Shown piece by piece: positions 20,001 through 29,222 of a stretch of 64,000 bases of DNA. The translations under genes were made by a program, and so were the position numbers. How positions within the stretch are numbered: position 1 is the first letter of the stretch; the number at the start of each line of letters is the position of its first letter. Source of the stretch: Haliotis rufescens (lineage: Eukaryota); contig NW_025964001.1 of the NCBI RefSeq assembly GCF_023055435.1, forward strand, positions 10,044,001-10,108,000, given 5' to 3'. The notes under the pieces are model-generated. The model did no database searches and was not told the origin of the DNA. It worked only from the letters and a program-made list of their open reading frames with translations.

Positions 20001-22435
20001 CAACTGCAGACAGAAACTGCTCAGTCCTAACTGTTGATCATGTCCGGTCAAAATTTAAGAATGTCCGGACAATACTTTTTAAAATGTCCGGTAAGCAATA
20101 TTTTAAAACGGACATTTGAGATTCCCAATCGGACATGTCCGGCGCATATGACGGTTTCCGGACCCCTGGTTCTAAGATTCCTGAACCCGCTGCATCCCTC
20201 AGCTGCCAAGGTCTGCTGGTTGTGGGTTCGAGTCCCCGACATTTTTGTTGTCCCCCGCTGTGATATTGCTGGAATATTGCTAAAAGCGGCGTAAAACCAT
20301 GCTCGCTCGCTCACTCACGAACGAACGAATTCACGAACGAATTTACAAACTCACGAACGAACGACCCAGATGTACAGTTGATATGCTCCTAATCCAAGGT
20401 CTGTCAGCACCATACCCCCTACTGGAGTCTTTTGGGGCTTTCGTCCCACATTGACCTGACACATTATGATATAACATCAGTGGTTTAAAAAACCTTTCAT
20501 GTTAAGTTTCATAACCAGTACAGGTTAATGTTGAAGTGTTTGCTTTTATCTTGTTGATGGAGTGATGTTATTTCATCTTTACTCCCTTTGCACCCAATAG
20601 AATAGAGCATGCTTGAAAAGGTACCTTTTTCTGTGGCTGTTTATGTTTCATCTAAAATGTTTTCTTCTGCAGATCAAGGGATGTGACAAAGTCGGGTAAA
20701 ACTGATCTGCGGAAAACTTCCTGGATGAATGGATTCATGATGTTCAGCAGATTGAACAGAAGAACATTCATTAAGTATGAAAACCATATTTCGGCCACAT
20801 ATGAAGGTTGAAAAAGCTTGAAAATAAGATATATTTAATATAATTGTATAATGAGAATGTTTTCAGATGCTGTACAATTTGATACCTTACCTGAAATGGC
20901 CAATTTTGAGAAGCTCTTAATGTTTCATTTATGATATATTTTCAAGCACAAAAAAACAATTATCAATTATGTTAACATTTGATATAGTTATATAGTAGAT
21001 ATTATCTGTAACAAAGTTCTGTATATCTTGACCATTACTTGAGGCTTGAAAACATGTATTTTTAATTTCCTTTAAGAAGGCATTAAATGTAATACCGGGT
21101 AACCTAATTTCATCTCATATGTTAGTTGTAAAGAAATCAGTATTTAAAAAAATAGGGTTTTAATTTTGTTTTTGTGACTTTTGCTTGTCAGAGTTCTCTG
21201 TGTTGTGGAATGTTTGTGATTGAACTGGTTTCATGTACAGTGCCAACCCTGGAGTTCACACATCCAACATCAGCAAGATAATGGGGCATGCTTGGAGGAC
21301 CATGGCCCCCGAAGAACAGGCTCCATACAGGTAAGATAATCTCCTACACCACTGATTCCACTGAAACCTTGGATATCAAAGACGTGCATACATACAGGTA
21401 AGATAATCTCCTACACCACTGATTCCTTTGAAACCTTGGATATCAAAGACGTGCATACATAACTGTGTAATCATTACTAGCGTTTAGTCTAATATTTTGG
21501 TATGAGACATTTGGCACCAGAATTTGGTTCTTTCATCATGTTTTTAAAAGGGAAAAAGGTGCTTTCACCTGAACAATTATTTGAATGAGAGTAAGCTCAT
21601 TAGTAAAATACAACTACCTCAGCTCATTTTTTATTAGTTGTTTATGTTTGTTTGTTAAATGCCTCACTCAGCAGTACCCCAGCTACATGACCAAGGTCGG
21701 TGAATATTCAAGCCTGGAACTTAAAAATCAGCATTTTACATCATGAGCATCAATCTATGCAATTGGGATATAATAACATGCATCAACCAAGTCAGGGAGC
21801 CTGACCACCTGATTCTGTTACTCGCCACTTATGACAAGCATGGGTTGCTGAAGACCAATTGTAACCAAGATCTTCACAGTGGAGTTGTTTATGTAATATA
21901 ACTAGATATGTTTAGAAAACAAACAGTCTAATAGACTGAAGCAGCCATGGCTAAGTCAGCTGCATTTTAGGAGATCCTACAGTGATAGAAATTAACCTGA
22001 AATGTTTACCAGCAACTCTAGTGATAACATATAAGGGCATTGGGGTCACACTGGGACAACCTGAAAATCTACTATCGTTTGCATACTTTTAACATTAGAT
22101 GAACAGACTCAGGCAAGCAGGTTTGTGCCTCATTCTATCACTGTCCGAAATACTACATGTAGCTCCTGAATATTCCTGATAAAACATTGTTGATGTTGAC
22201 TGGTAGCCAGTGTTTATTGTGATACTGTTTCAGGGAAAAGGCTAGACTGTGTGCCAAGGAGCTGCAGAAACAGCAGATGCTGCCAGCTGACTTCACCACA
22301 CCTGCCAACTTCACTGCCACGCCCACCAACTTCACCCCCACCGAGACCATCTCAAGCACGCAGGACAAGTGTGGCTTCTTCAACTCGGACAATTCCTCTG
22401 GGTCCTATGTCTCTCTGCATTTGGACGATTCCTAG
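4830..22435 (+). CDS. MEIOSIN: MEIOSIN/BHMG1-like bHLH + HMG-box transcription factor, 14 coding exons, about 669 aa (gene span)
   Basis: Exons 4830-5090, 5292-5303, 5530-5684, 6471-6555, 11806-11938, 13731-13789, 14406-14643, 15587-15657, 17395-17532, 18031-18379, 18597-18711, 20673-20774, 21241-21330 and 22234-22435 join with consistent phase (2010 nt, no internal stop). bHLH: ERHRENERTRHHNLNDSLSEICKDVPGSSQDGRETKVVMMQRIISYVAYLENTI. HMG: WMNGFMMFSRLNRRTFINANPGVHTSNISKIMGHAWRTMAPEEQAPYREKARL. The symbol rests on domain architecture and remembered HMG similarity. Confidence 0.8.
5292..5303 (+). CDS. Putative 12-nt microexon (VLLS) of MEIOSIN-like gene
   Basis: cttcgtcttcatag|GTCCTGTTATCA|gtgagc; phase 0-0, gives KKVLLSVSWP. 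Confidence 0.5.
5530..5684 (+). CDS. MEIOSIN-like exon: bHLH basic region (VSWPSTREFYY...MERHRENER)
   Basis: ag|GTATCA...GAAAG|gtatgc, open frame, phase 0-2. Confidence 0.75.
6471..6555 (+). CDS. MEIOSIN-like exon: bHLH helix 1 and loop
   Basis: cttcag|G ACT CGG CAT...ACA AAG|gtgatc; TRHHNLNDSLSEICKDVPGSSQDGRETK. Confidence 0.8.
6637..6842 (-). repeat. 3' LTR of Gypsy element
   Basis: About 12 mismatches to 10254-10459 by manual count. Confidence 0.92.
7330..9720 (-). pseudogene. Gypsy pol (RT, RNase H, integrase), disrupted
   Basis: WATPIVVVPKK, RICGDYK, LPFGI, FQDD, LACDAS, TDHKPL, LVSDNGPQF and APYHPATKGAAER spread over ORFs 8040-9539, 7918-8127 and 7443-7910 with frameshifts. Confidence 0.92.
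9897..10250. repeat. 91-bp tandem repeat (about 3.9 copies) in the Gypsy 5' leader
   Basis: tgtcccgcgttattccac starts at 9897, 9988, 10079 and 10170. Confidence 0.9.
10254..10459 (-). repeat. 5' LTR of Gypsy element
   Basis: Adjacent to the PBS; termini TGTAGTGT..ACACTACA. Confidence 0.92.
10465..11110 (-). mobile_element. Penelope-like element 3' fragment (GIY-YIG endonuclease)
   Basis: GVVYKIDCNCRQSYVGETS..INTRMKEH..SAILDH..HIINWDNVQILA..RKLTEA..NREQG, with an in-frame stop; pLTR-like tail. Confidence 0.85.
10505..10545 (-). ncRNA. Putative minimal hammerhead-ribozyme-like motif of the Penelope pLTR
   Basis: Minus strand CTTGACAA-CGGTATA-AGGATC-TATACCG-AAAC-GTCA: variant core, perfect stem II, GAAAC and GUC. 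Confidence 0.5.
11806..11938 (+). CDS. MEIOSIN-like exon: bHLH helix 2
   Basis: ttttgatacag|GTG GTG ATG...ATG G|gtcagt; VVMMQRIISYVAYLENTIVKLCSELG. Confidence 0.8.
12213..12746. mobile_element. Non-autonomous DNA transposon, about 55-bp TIR (CATCTTCC.GAGGCAAGGGAGTTAAC), 9-bp TSD (Mutator-like)
   Basis: TSD GCTGGAATA, inserted in a SINE tail; further copies at 23774-24309 and 37403-37940. Confidence 0.8.
13336..13603 (+). mobile_element. SINE-like retroposon family B (no tRNA head)
   Basis: 13-bp TSD TCACAAGTGACAT, (AACC)n tail, many copies in the window. Confidence 0.8.
13731..13789 (+). CDS. MEIOSIN-like internal exon (ENRSVYTDKGNKSRNERDYM)
   Basis: tttcag|...|gtatgt; its phase 1-0 bridges the neighbouring exons. 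Confidence 0.65.
14406..14643 (+). CDS. MEIOSIN-like internal exon (KKTPLNDKRSLSRRLKLSSP...)
   Basis: gtcaatag acceptor, gtgagg donor, GC-richer than flanks, in frame with ORF 14436-14690. Confidence 0.7.
15587..15657 (+). CDS. MEIOSIN-like internal exon (CEYDPFFSQEVEANDCLRFSSSLM)
   Basis: ttgtttttag|...|gtaagg, phase 1-0. Confidence 0.7.
15768..15932 (-). mobile_element. tRNA-derived SINE family A
   Basis: A and B boxes, TSD CCACTAAAAATTAG. Confidence 0.8.
16053..17308 (+). mobile_element. Degenerate Tc1 transposon
   Basis: TIR TACTCTTCAAAAAA with TA flanks; transposase remnants RSGRPRVTT, FSDESRF, IMMWAAI, WPSRSRDLNAIEHLW, frameshifted and deleted. Confidence 0.9.
17395..17532 (+). CDS. 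MEIOSIN-like internal exon ending in a GC donor
   Basis: gttacag|GAG CCG...ATC ATG|gcaagt; phase 0 matches the next exon. Confidence 0.65.
18031..18379 (+). CDS. MEIOSIN-like internal exon (Ser-rich, basic RKNKRK motif)
   Basis: ttttcaag|AAT ATT...AAT G|gtacga; contains most of ORF 18124-18411. Confidence 0.75.
18597..18711 (+). CDS. MEIOSIN-like internal exon (EDPEDVSLQSLGL...)
   Basis: ctacag|...|gtaggt, phase 1-2. Confidence 0.7.
19018..20183 (-). mobile_element. Non-autonomous hAT-like element with a TTF-zinc-finger-like transposase remnant
   Basis: Imperfect TIR CAG...CAGGGGTCCGGAAA, subterminal TCCGG repeats, RSFCKSWLTTFTWLTYNE remnant; no clear TSD. Confidence 0.6.
20210..20365 (+). 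mobile_element. tRNA-SINE 3' part with (CACT)/(ACGA)n tail
   Basis: B box GGTTCGAGTCC and shared tail gatattgctggaatattgctaaaagcggcgtaaaa. Confidence 0.6.
20673..20774 (+). CDS. MEIOSIN-like exon: HMG box helix 1 (RKTSWMNGFMMFSRLNRRTFI)
   Basis: ttcttctgcag|...|gtatga; matches the HMG consensus MNAFMxF. Confidence 0.85.
21241..21330 (+). CDS. MEIOSIN-like exon: HMG box helix 2/3 (NPGVHTSNISKIMGHAWRTMAPEEQAPY)
   Basis: gtacag|...|gtaaga; matches the HMG consensus NP....ISK.LG..W..L...EK.PY. Confidence 0.85.
21324..21461 (+). repeat. 67-bp tandem duplication spanning a splice donor
   Basis: catacaggtaagataatctcctacaccactgattcc... starts at 21324 and 21391. Confidence 0.9.
21645..21880 (-). 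mobile_element. SINE-like family B copy (diverged)
   Basis: Homology to 48025-48294. Confidence 0.65.
22234..22435 (+). CDS. MEIOSIN-like last coding exon (EKARLCAKELQKQQ...LDDS*)
   Basis: gtttcag acceptor, completes HMG helix 3, TAG at 22433-22435. Confidence 0.8.
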
Positions 22436-23032
22436 ATCATAGTGGAAAAGTGTCATTCTGGAACTTTAAAACAGAGGACAATTGTAAAAAAAAACCAATG
22501 TTATCTTCTAGTAACAAAAATGTGATGAACATGGAACAGTGAGACAAGATATGAGTGAAATGTGATTTCAATGAACATTTTTATGCTGGATGAGGGTGGA
22601 TTTCCCCAGTTCCTGACATTCATAACAAAACAACATTCCAACAACTTCTGACCATAAAATCAGCATTTTAAAAATTACACTTTTAATTCTTAGGTCCACA
22701 ATGTATGTTGACATTTATCTGCATGACCTTCAGTTAACGCCAAGCTGCATCATGACATATTTGCCTTGACACAAGATAAAATTAGTATGACTGGAAAATG
22801 TATCATGTAATATTACAATATTAATCAAGATATCATTTTCAGGATGAATACAAGTGTGTCAAAGTTGTGCAAATATCTTTCCTTAATAGTTTAAAACTTT
22901 CCCTGTTTATGTGTACTTAAATGATATGATCGTCATGTATTTGTTCACATGATACATGCTCAGTAAACAGCATTCCATTTCAGTTTAAATGAACAAAAAT
23001 ACATGTATACATACATACACATGTGTGCGAGC

Positions 23033-23076
23033 GCACACGCACACGCACACGCACACACACACACACACACACACAC
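23033..23076. repeat. (CACACG)n/(CA)n microsatellite
   Basis: Seen directly. Confidence 0.9.
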
Positions 23077-23773
23077 CAAAAAGATCCGTCAGTTCGTTAT
23101 AAGCGTGTCTGTTATAAACGTAGTTTACTGTAATATCATAAGATCAGTCGTCTTAGTTTCATTATGTTGTGTACACACCCAGTATTTAATTTATTTGTAT
23201 TTTCTCTGTATTCATGTGTTTAAATCCCATTAGTTTCATACAATAATGTACATCAGTAGGTTATGTACGCCGGGATATAACTGGAATACTGTTAAAAACG
23301 GCGTTAAACCCAACTCACTCACTCACCAGTAGGTTATGTATGCAGTTCATACTCAACAGATTAACATATAGTTGCATTTGGTACAATATGATTGTTACAA
23401 GCCAATTTATACATAATACCTCATAAAGATGATACAAGTACAGATATGTTTAATTGTCAATTATTAAAATTGTTATGTGTAGTAGTAAGTCAGTTATCAT
23501 CTTCTAACTAATCATGCCAATGTACTGTGAAGTCTGTGAGGCAATTTGTCAATGTTTATACGTTATATGGTTTTGACTCCTAATATACTATCAAATGAAT
23601 ATTTGTCACAATATCTGTGAACAAAATGATTACTCACTCAATTGAATTGAAAAATATATGCATTGATATGCATCCATGATTTTTAGCAATAAACAATTAT
23701 GAAGTTTTATCATAGCTCAATGAAATATAAGGTATAATACACTGTACTGTTTCTGCACATTCTATGTTGGATC

Positions 23774-24309
23774 CATCTTCAAGGGAGTTAACTGACTGTA
23801 AAAGTCCAGTTTCCACCCTTGCCGAACTTGGCTGGAAAAATGGAGTTTTATTTTGGCTGGACTAAGGAAACCATGCTTAGTCCAATCAAATCACGTAACA
23901 AAATCTACATCCAGTTCGTAAACTGACGTGAGGATTTTGGTCCATTGCAGTATTTGCAAAGCATGTGTACCGACAACTTAGTGTCAACAGATAGTTTCCA
24001 AATCTTTTCATGTTCTTAATGATGGTGCTCACATGATTTGATGCACTTCTCGAAGTAAGACCCTTTTTTTTTTACAATATAGATCTTGATTATCGATCAG
24101 ATCGTCTTGATTGGCGCCATTTTAATTTCAAGCAAATGCAAGTGATGTGAGAGGTGGAATCTGATTGGTCAATAGGAGGGAGATAGAAGGGACATAACTT
24201 GTAATAGCCACTGGTGGTGCTACGATCAAGCCCAGAATTTCCAGCCCTGTTCGGCAAGGGTTAAAACTGGAGTTTTACAGTCAGTTAACTCCATTGCCTC
24301 GGGAAGATG
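23774..24309. mobile_element. Non-autonomous TIR transposon, inverted copy of the 12213 family
   Basis: Same TIR and internal sequence in reverse orientation. Confidence 0.8.
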
Positions 24310-24888
24310 TACTGAGAGAACATGACTATCACAAAGTCATTCTTAAAAATAACTTATTGCACAGTCCCATATCATCTTATTGGGAAAATATTATTCTGAC
24401 ACACTCATTGTCTATTTGTTCATTTTATCACAATTAAATATATAAGTCACAAAATTTAATAGGCAAGTAGTTGGTTCTTAAGGTGTTAACATCGTCCAAG
24501 GGAAGATGTTGAAAATTCTCAAATAGATATTTGCTATTTCATCAAGAGAAAAATTGGTATTCATTTCATGTTTCAATTATTTTATATATTTGTACATGTT
24601 ATTTTTAGTATCAACCCCTCTCATTAGCAAAAATACTATCAAACAGAAATCATTATTTAAAAAAGAACAATTCAGACTTCTGTTTTCAATCATGTGTCGA
24701 GTTTAGAACTGGGGAAAACTTTTTCAATCATAACTCTTCACTTTGAACAAACATCCAACAGACTTGTTTACCATCACATTGCTGTGCAATACTGACATTG
24801 CTTGAAGACGTTTTGATGATAATTATTTCAGGTCATCAAATGACTTGCATTTTTATTAAGTCTTTGAAAGACATTTAGAAGGGATACA

Positions 24889-25020
24889 CATTAGGAAGAG
24901 AATTCGTGGATGTCAACTTCTTTATTATGAGGAACACAGCGTTTCGGAGTAAGCATATACTCCGAAACATTGTTTTCCTCATAATAAAGAAGTTGACATC
25001 CATAAATTCTCTTCCTTATG
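24889..25020. repeat. Near-perfect palindrome of about 130 bp (Penelope-terminus-like foldback)
   Basis: Arms of about 60 bp around the loop AGCATA. Confidence 0.85.
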
Positions 25021-25899
25021 CATTTATATTCATAAGTTTATACTATACTAGAAAAAGAAAATCAATGGAGACTATGAGCCTTTTATGAAGCAAGATTTTC
25101 ACCTCGTATTGTGGCATTATTTCAGTGGATCTTGCAACTTTATCTACTTGTCCGAAATCTAGTCTAAATTAGGCAACTTCCATGTTTTAACACAAGCCTA
25201 TAATAGTCAGAGTCGTAGCACTAAGATCACTTAGTGGACCAAGGTCCCTTGAAAGCTAGTACATCTGTGTGTTAACACAGAAGTATGCCAAAGAATGACA
25301 AAGAGTGATATTTTCATAAGTGAGCAACACCCCTCCTCTTGTAAAGTGGAAAATGTAAAATGACATCAATCCATCACAGATATTAATTAATCCAAGGATA
25401 AGTTGTGTCAAGTGATTCTTCATGGTTTAACCATACAATATACACAAGAATAATATAAAATCAGTGGTTCTCAAAAGTATCATGTACTTTAAACTTTTTT
25501 ATTTCAAAACTTTAAAACATGTGTTTTGACTTATATTAATGTTCCAGTTACCCATCTTGGAAGAAATTTGCCAACCAACTGCTATGAAAAAACATCATTT
25601 CTTTACTACTTTGAAGTATATACCTGTTATACAGCTATTTAGCATATATTCTCTTTTCTTTTAAATTACAAATTGTACACTTAACTGTGTGTGATCTTTT
25701 TATTTGCTCTCAAGTAGACTTAATGCTTGAACTTTATGGACTCTCATTATGTTGTGAACTGAACTGAGCTAATATCAGTTCATTAATGCTTGTTAACCTA
25801 CTTTCACCAATGTATAGTTTATTTAATTGTTGTTTTGCAGTATTTTCCAGTTTGTCATCTGTTGCAAATCTGTGGTAATAAATCTTTATTTACAGATGA

Positions 25900-26100
25900 A
25901 GTTTGTTTGTTGTTTAAACCCACATTCAGCGATATTACTGCTGTATGTTGGCAGCATGTAAATAATCAAGTCTTGACCAGACAATGCAGTGATAGTGTGA
26001 ACAACGATCCACATCGTCGGGTACGAGGACATGCTATCAACCAAGTCGCCATGGCTGACCACACGGTCGCCTCTTATATAGTTCTAACCCAGAACCCCAC
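25900..26100 (-). mobile_element. SINE-like family B copy (old)
   Basis: Diverged homology to family B. Confidence 0.55.
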
Positions 26101-26729
26101 AAGTACAGATGACATAGTTCAGTGTTTAAGTTTAGTAGAAGACAACACTGAATCAAACCATTGATATCCTTGTCATGTAGCTGGGATGGTTAGCCTTGAA
26201 TACCACAAGTCACTGTGCAGAGCAGTATCTGTATCAATTGACAAATAAGAGGAGCTATAAAGGGCATCCCTGTGGTCCAAGGTACAAATTTTCCTGACTT
26301 TGTATCCAAGATTCACCATGATTGCTTGTGAATTTTTCCAAAGTTGTAAACCTTTACTGACTGTTAACTTTCCACCCACATTAAGCTGACACGCCCCGAT
26401 AGAACTAAAAAAAAAGCCAACTCACTCACACCTAAGATACAATGGGAACTTTTCAAATGACTGTTGGACATTGAAATTGGAAGCTATGCTTGTATAAAAA
26501 GCAGAATTAAATCGGTATCAAAGCCACCATAGCACTGCAATATCTCCCATACTCCCACATCTATGACAACTGTTGCCCATGCCAACATAGGTGAAGGGGC
26601 ACAGGTGCTTAATGTGTGACTTGTAGGTTCACAAGAGAATTTCTGTGCTAGGGTAGTGAAAGTGATGGAGACTGACGTCACTTCTGAACAAGCAGCTGTG
26701 GTGAATTGGTCCAGGGCATACATATAATA

Positions 26730-27983
26730 TACTACTCCAAGTTTGCTAAGGTTCACTTCATTAAAAGTTAATGTGTCAAATTGTGTGCATCTGTTGAAAT
26801 AGCCAAAGACTATTTGCTTGAAGACTTGTTGAATGAACAAAAGTCTGTTGTCATGTGAAATACAATGCCAACAAACAACCACTTATCAGTCAGATCGCCG
26901 TCAAAATGAGAATATCTGACCTAAACTAAAAAAATCACAAAAACAAATTCATTGTCACAAACGTATCTGTTGTCTGATACTCCCAATAAGTGATTGTACC
27001 ACTCTTCAGTAAGAGTATTGCCGAGTTCCAGTAGAATTGCCGGAAGGCCAGGCAGTCATGAGAGGGCGATCTGCAGCTTGTTCCAGAGCTCATTCTACAT
27101 GTGTTTGATTGGGTTGAGGTCTGATGTCCGAGCTGGGTACTCGTTGCAGACAATGGTCTTCTGCTCTAAGCAGGCATCAACGACCCTGGAACGATGAGGT
27201 CGTGGGTTATCGTCCATGAAATCCGGTCCTATTGCACCAGCATACTGTCTCACGTACATCTGTCATCCTACCCGCTGTAGGACACGGAGATCGTTTCTTC
27301 CAGCTCAACTGATCCTACCCCAAATCATGATTGATCCCCCTCCATATTGGTCAGAATCCTGAAAGCCCAGTCCTGGTCTGTCCGATTGACGTGATCTTCA
27401 GCCCAATCCAAAAGCGCCTGCCTGTGATGTGGAGTCTGGAGGACCGGAGACCATCCTCGCGGAGATGATTACGCACTGTTTGAGTAGAAACGTTAACGCC
27501 ACTGTCATTCCGCAAGTCATTTCTGAGTTTGGTGGCAGTCATGAAGTGATGACGCATTGCTTGCAAGCAGGAGAAACCTGTCTTCCTTCTTTGTGGTGGA
27601 GCGATGCATGTTGCTCGGTAGCTGATCCAAACGTCTGGTATCAATTCCATGCCCTGCTGATCACTTTGGGTGACACCAAAGACGTTTGCAAGGTGACGTT
27701 GTGTAGACCCACTTTCAAGCATGCCTTTGATGCTGAGGGGTCATAAGTGCATTCAGTTGTTGCAATCCTCAGTAGCAACTGTTGTGCTCTCTGATAATGA
27801 TGTGCTGTCACGAAACACCCAAACACAGGTTTTCAAGCATCTCATGTACATCGCACCCGTGACTACATGCCTCTGTCCGTTTATCCTTTGGGTGTTGCCC
27901 AATTATTGTGTACCGGGATATTTTAATCTTTGTTTGTTGGAATTTATTTTATATCATCAAAACCTAGCAAACTTTGAGTAGTA
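26730..27983 (-). mobile_element. Degenerate Tc1 transposon
   Basis: TIR TACTACTC.AAGTTTGCTA.GTT; remnants LESGSTQRHLANVFGV, NVSTQTVRNHLRE, IMIWG, FMDDNPRPH, DLNPIKH. Confidence 0.9.
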
Positions 27984-28304
27984 TATATTGGAGATATGAC
28001 ACACTGAATAATGGTGGATGATTTTACATGCATTACAGAAAATGTGGCTATCCAATGATTCCTTTTATTTCACATGTTTGAAATATTTACAATCAAATAA
28101 GAAGCATTCATTATAAACAACCATAGTTAATAAAGCCTTGTTCACACCTTACGTGTGGTGATAACACATACTATGATCCAAGCTCTTGGACATCTTAATC
28201 AAGCAGTAACGTTCATGCCTTTTCCTTTGTCTCCTTGGCCTATCATTGTGGACAATTCTTACAGTCTCTTCTTCAACAAGAAGAAACACTGGTTGTTCAT
28301 GCAT

Positions 28305-28892
28305 CTAGCGCCATATTTGTTTTGATATCTTACTCTTTATTGGAGGGAGAACTACTTTTGAACCTCTGAATCCGTCTTTCCTCTCAGCTTCTGGACAGGA
28401 CTCTAACCAGTCATGCCCACATCCGGCAACTACCGGAAGTGTGCCAGTTGCACGCTTCTTAACCTTTCTGCAGACGTTAGGTTTCCTTGTCAGTTCCAAA
28501 GAAGGGGCTGTGGTGGATACTTTCACCCTGTTCAAGGTGGGTGCATTCCTCTCCTTCTTGATCTCTTTACTAAGGCTGACTGAAGCAGAGAGCACACTCA
28601 TTCTAAAGACAGCCCTCTCTTTACGAAGAAGTGTCTGAAGTTCCTTGAGCTCTTCCTCTTTCTTCTTCTGGAGCTCCTTCATAGTTTGTTTCTGTTCTTC
28701 CCATTTTTTCGCAAGACGATGACGACACTCGCTCAGATATCGTCTGCTGTTCCCGTCTTCCTGTTCCCTGGAAAGAGGGTGGCAATTTCGAACAGATGGA
28801 AGATGGCGGCTACTGTCATCCTCTCCAGGCTGTCCCATCTGTTCCTTAGGCTTCCGTTTTCTCTTTGGTTCATGAGGGTCGGCCATTTCCAT
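28305..28892 (-). CDS. Uncharacterized basic coiled-coil protein, about 195 aa, single coding exon
   Basis: Long open frame, acceptor ttccatatag near 28949, ATG at 28892 (MEMADPHEPKRKRK), K/E-rich coil, C-terminal LPPI motif. Confidence 0.65.
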   Translation of the reverse strand: MEMADPHEPKRKRKPKEQMGQPGEDDSSRHLPSVRNCHPLSREQEDGNSRRYLSECRHRLAKKWEEQKQTMKELQKKKEEELKELQTLLRKERAVFRMSVLSASVSLSKEIKKERNAPTLNRVKVSTTAPSLELTRKPNVCRKVKKRATGTLPVVAGCGHDWLESCPEAERKDGFRGSKVVLPPIKSKISKQIWR

Positions 28893-29047
28893 GTTCCGCC
28901 TGGTTCTACACCGTTGACGATCGTCTGGTGGCAGTCTCCCCAACAATCTATATGGAAACAACATAAATATACAAATATGGGGGCTATGCTCTATGGCAAG
29001 GGGCCCATTACCATGATAGTCCAGATCTAGACATTAGTTAGTTTATG

Positions 29048-29222
29048 CAGTAAACTACGGTTATAACGAACTCAAAGGGACTACTAATTTTAGTTCGTTA
29101 TAATCGTAGTTCGTTATAAGCATATATACAGCATAACTACAGCATATAGTCGGGACTAAAAAGTTAGTTCGTTATATCCGTTAGTTCGTTATAAGCGTGT
29201 TCGTTATAACCGTAGTTTACTG
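29048..29222. mobile_element. Tc1/pogo-type MITE (TIR CAGTAAACTACGGTTATAACGAAC)
   Basis: Perfect TIR, internal TTCGTTATAA repeats; another copy at 48357-48520. Confidence 0.8.
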
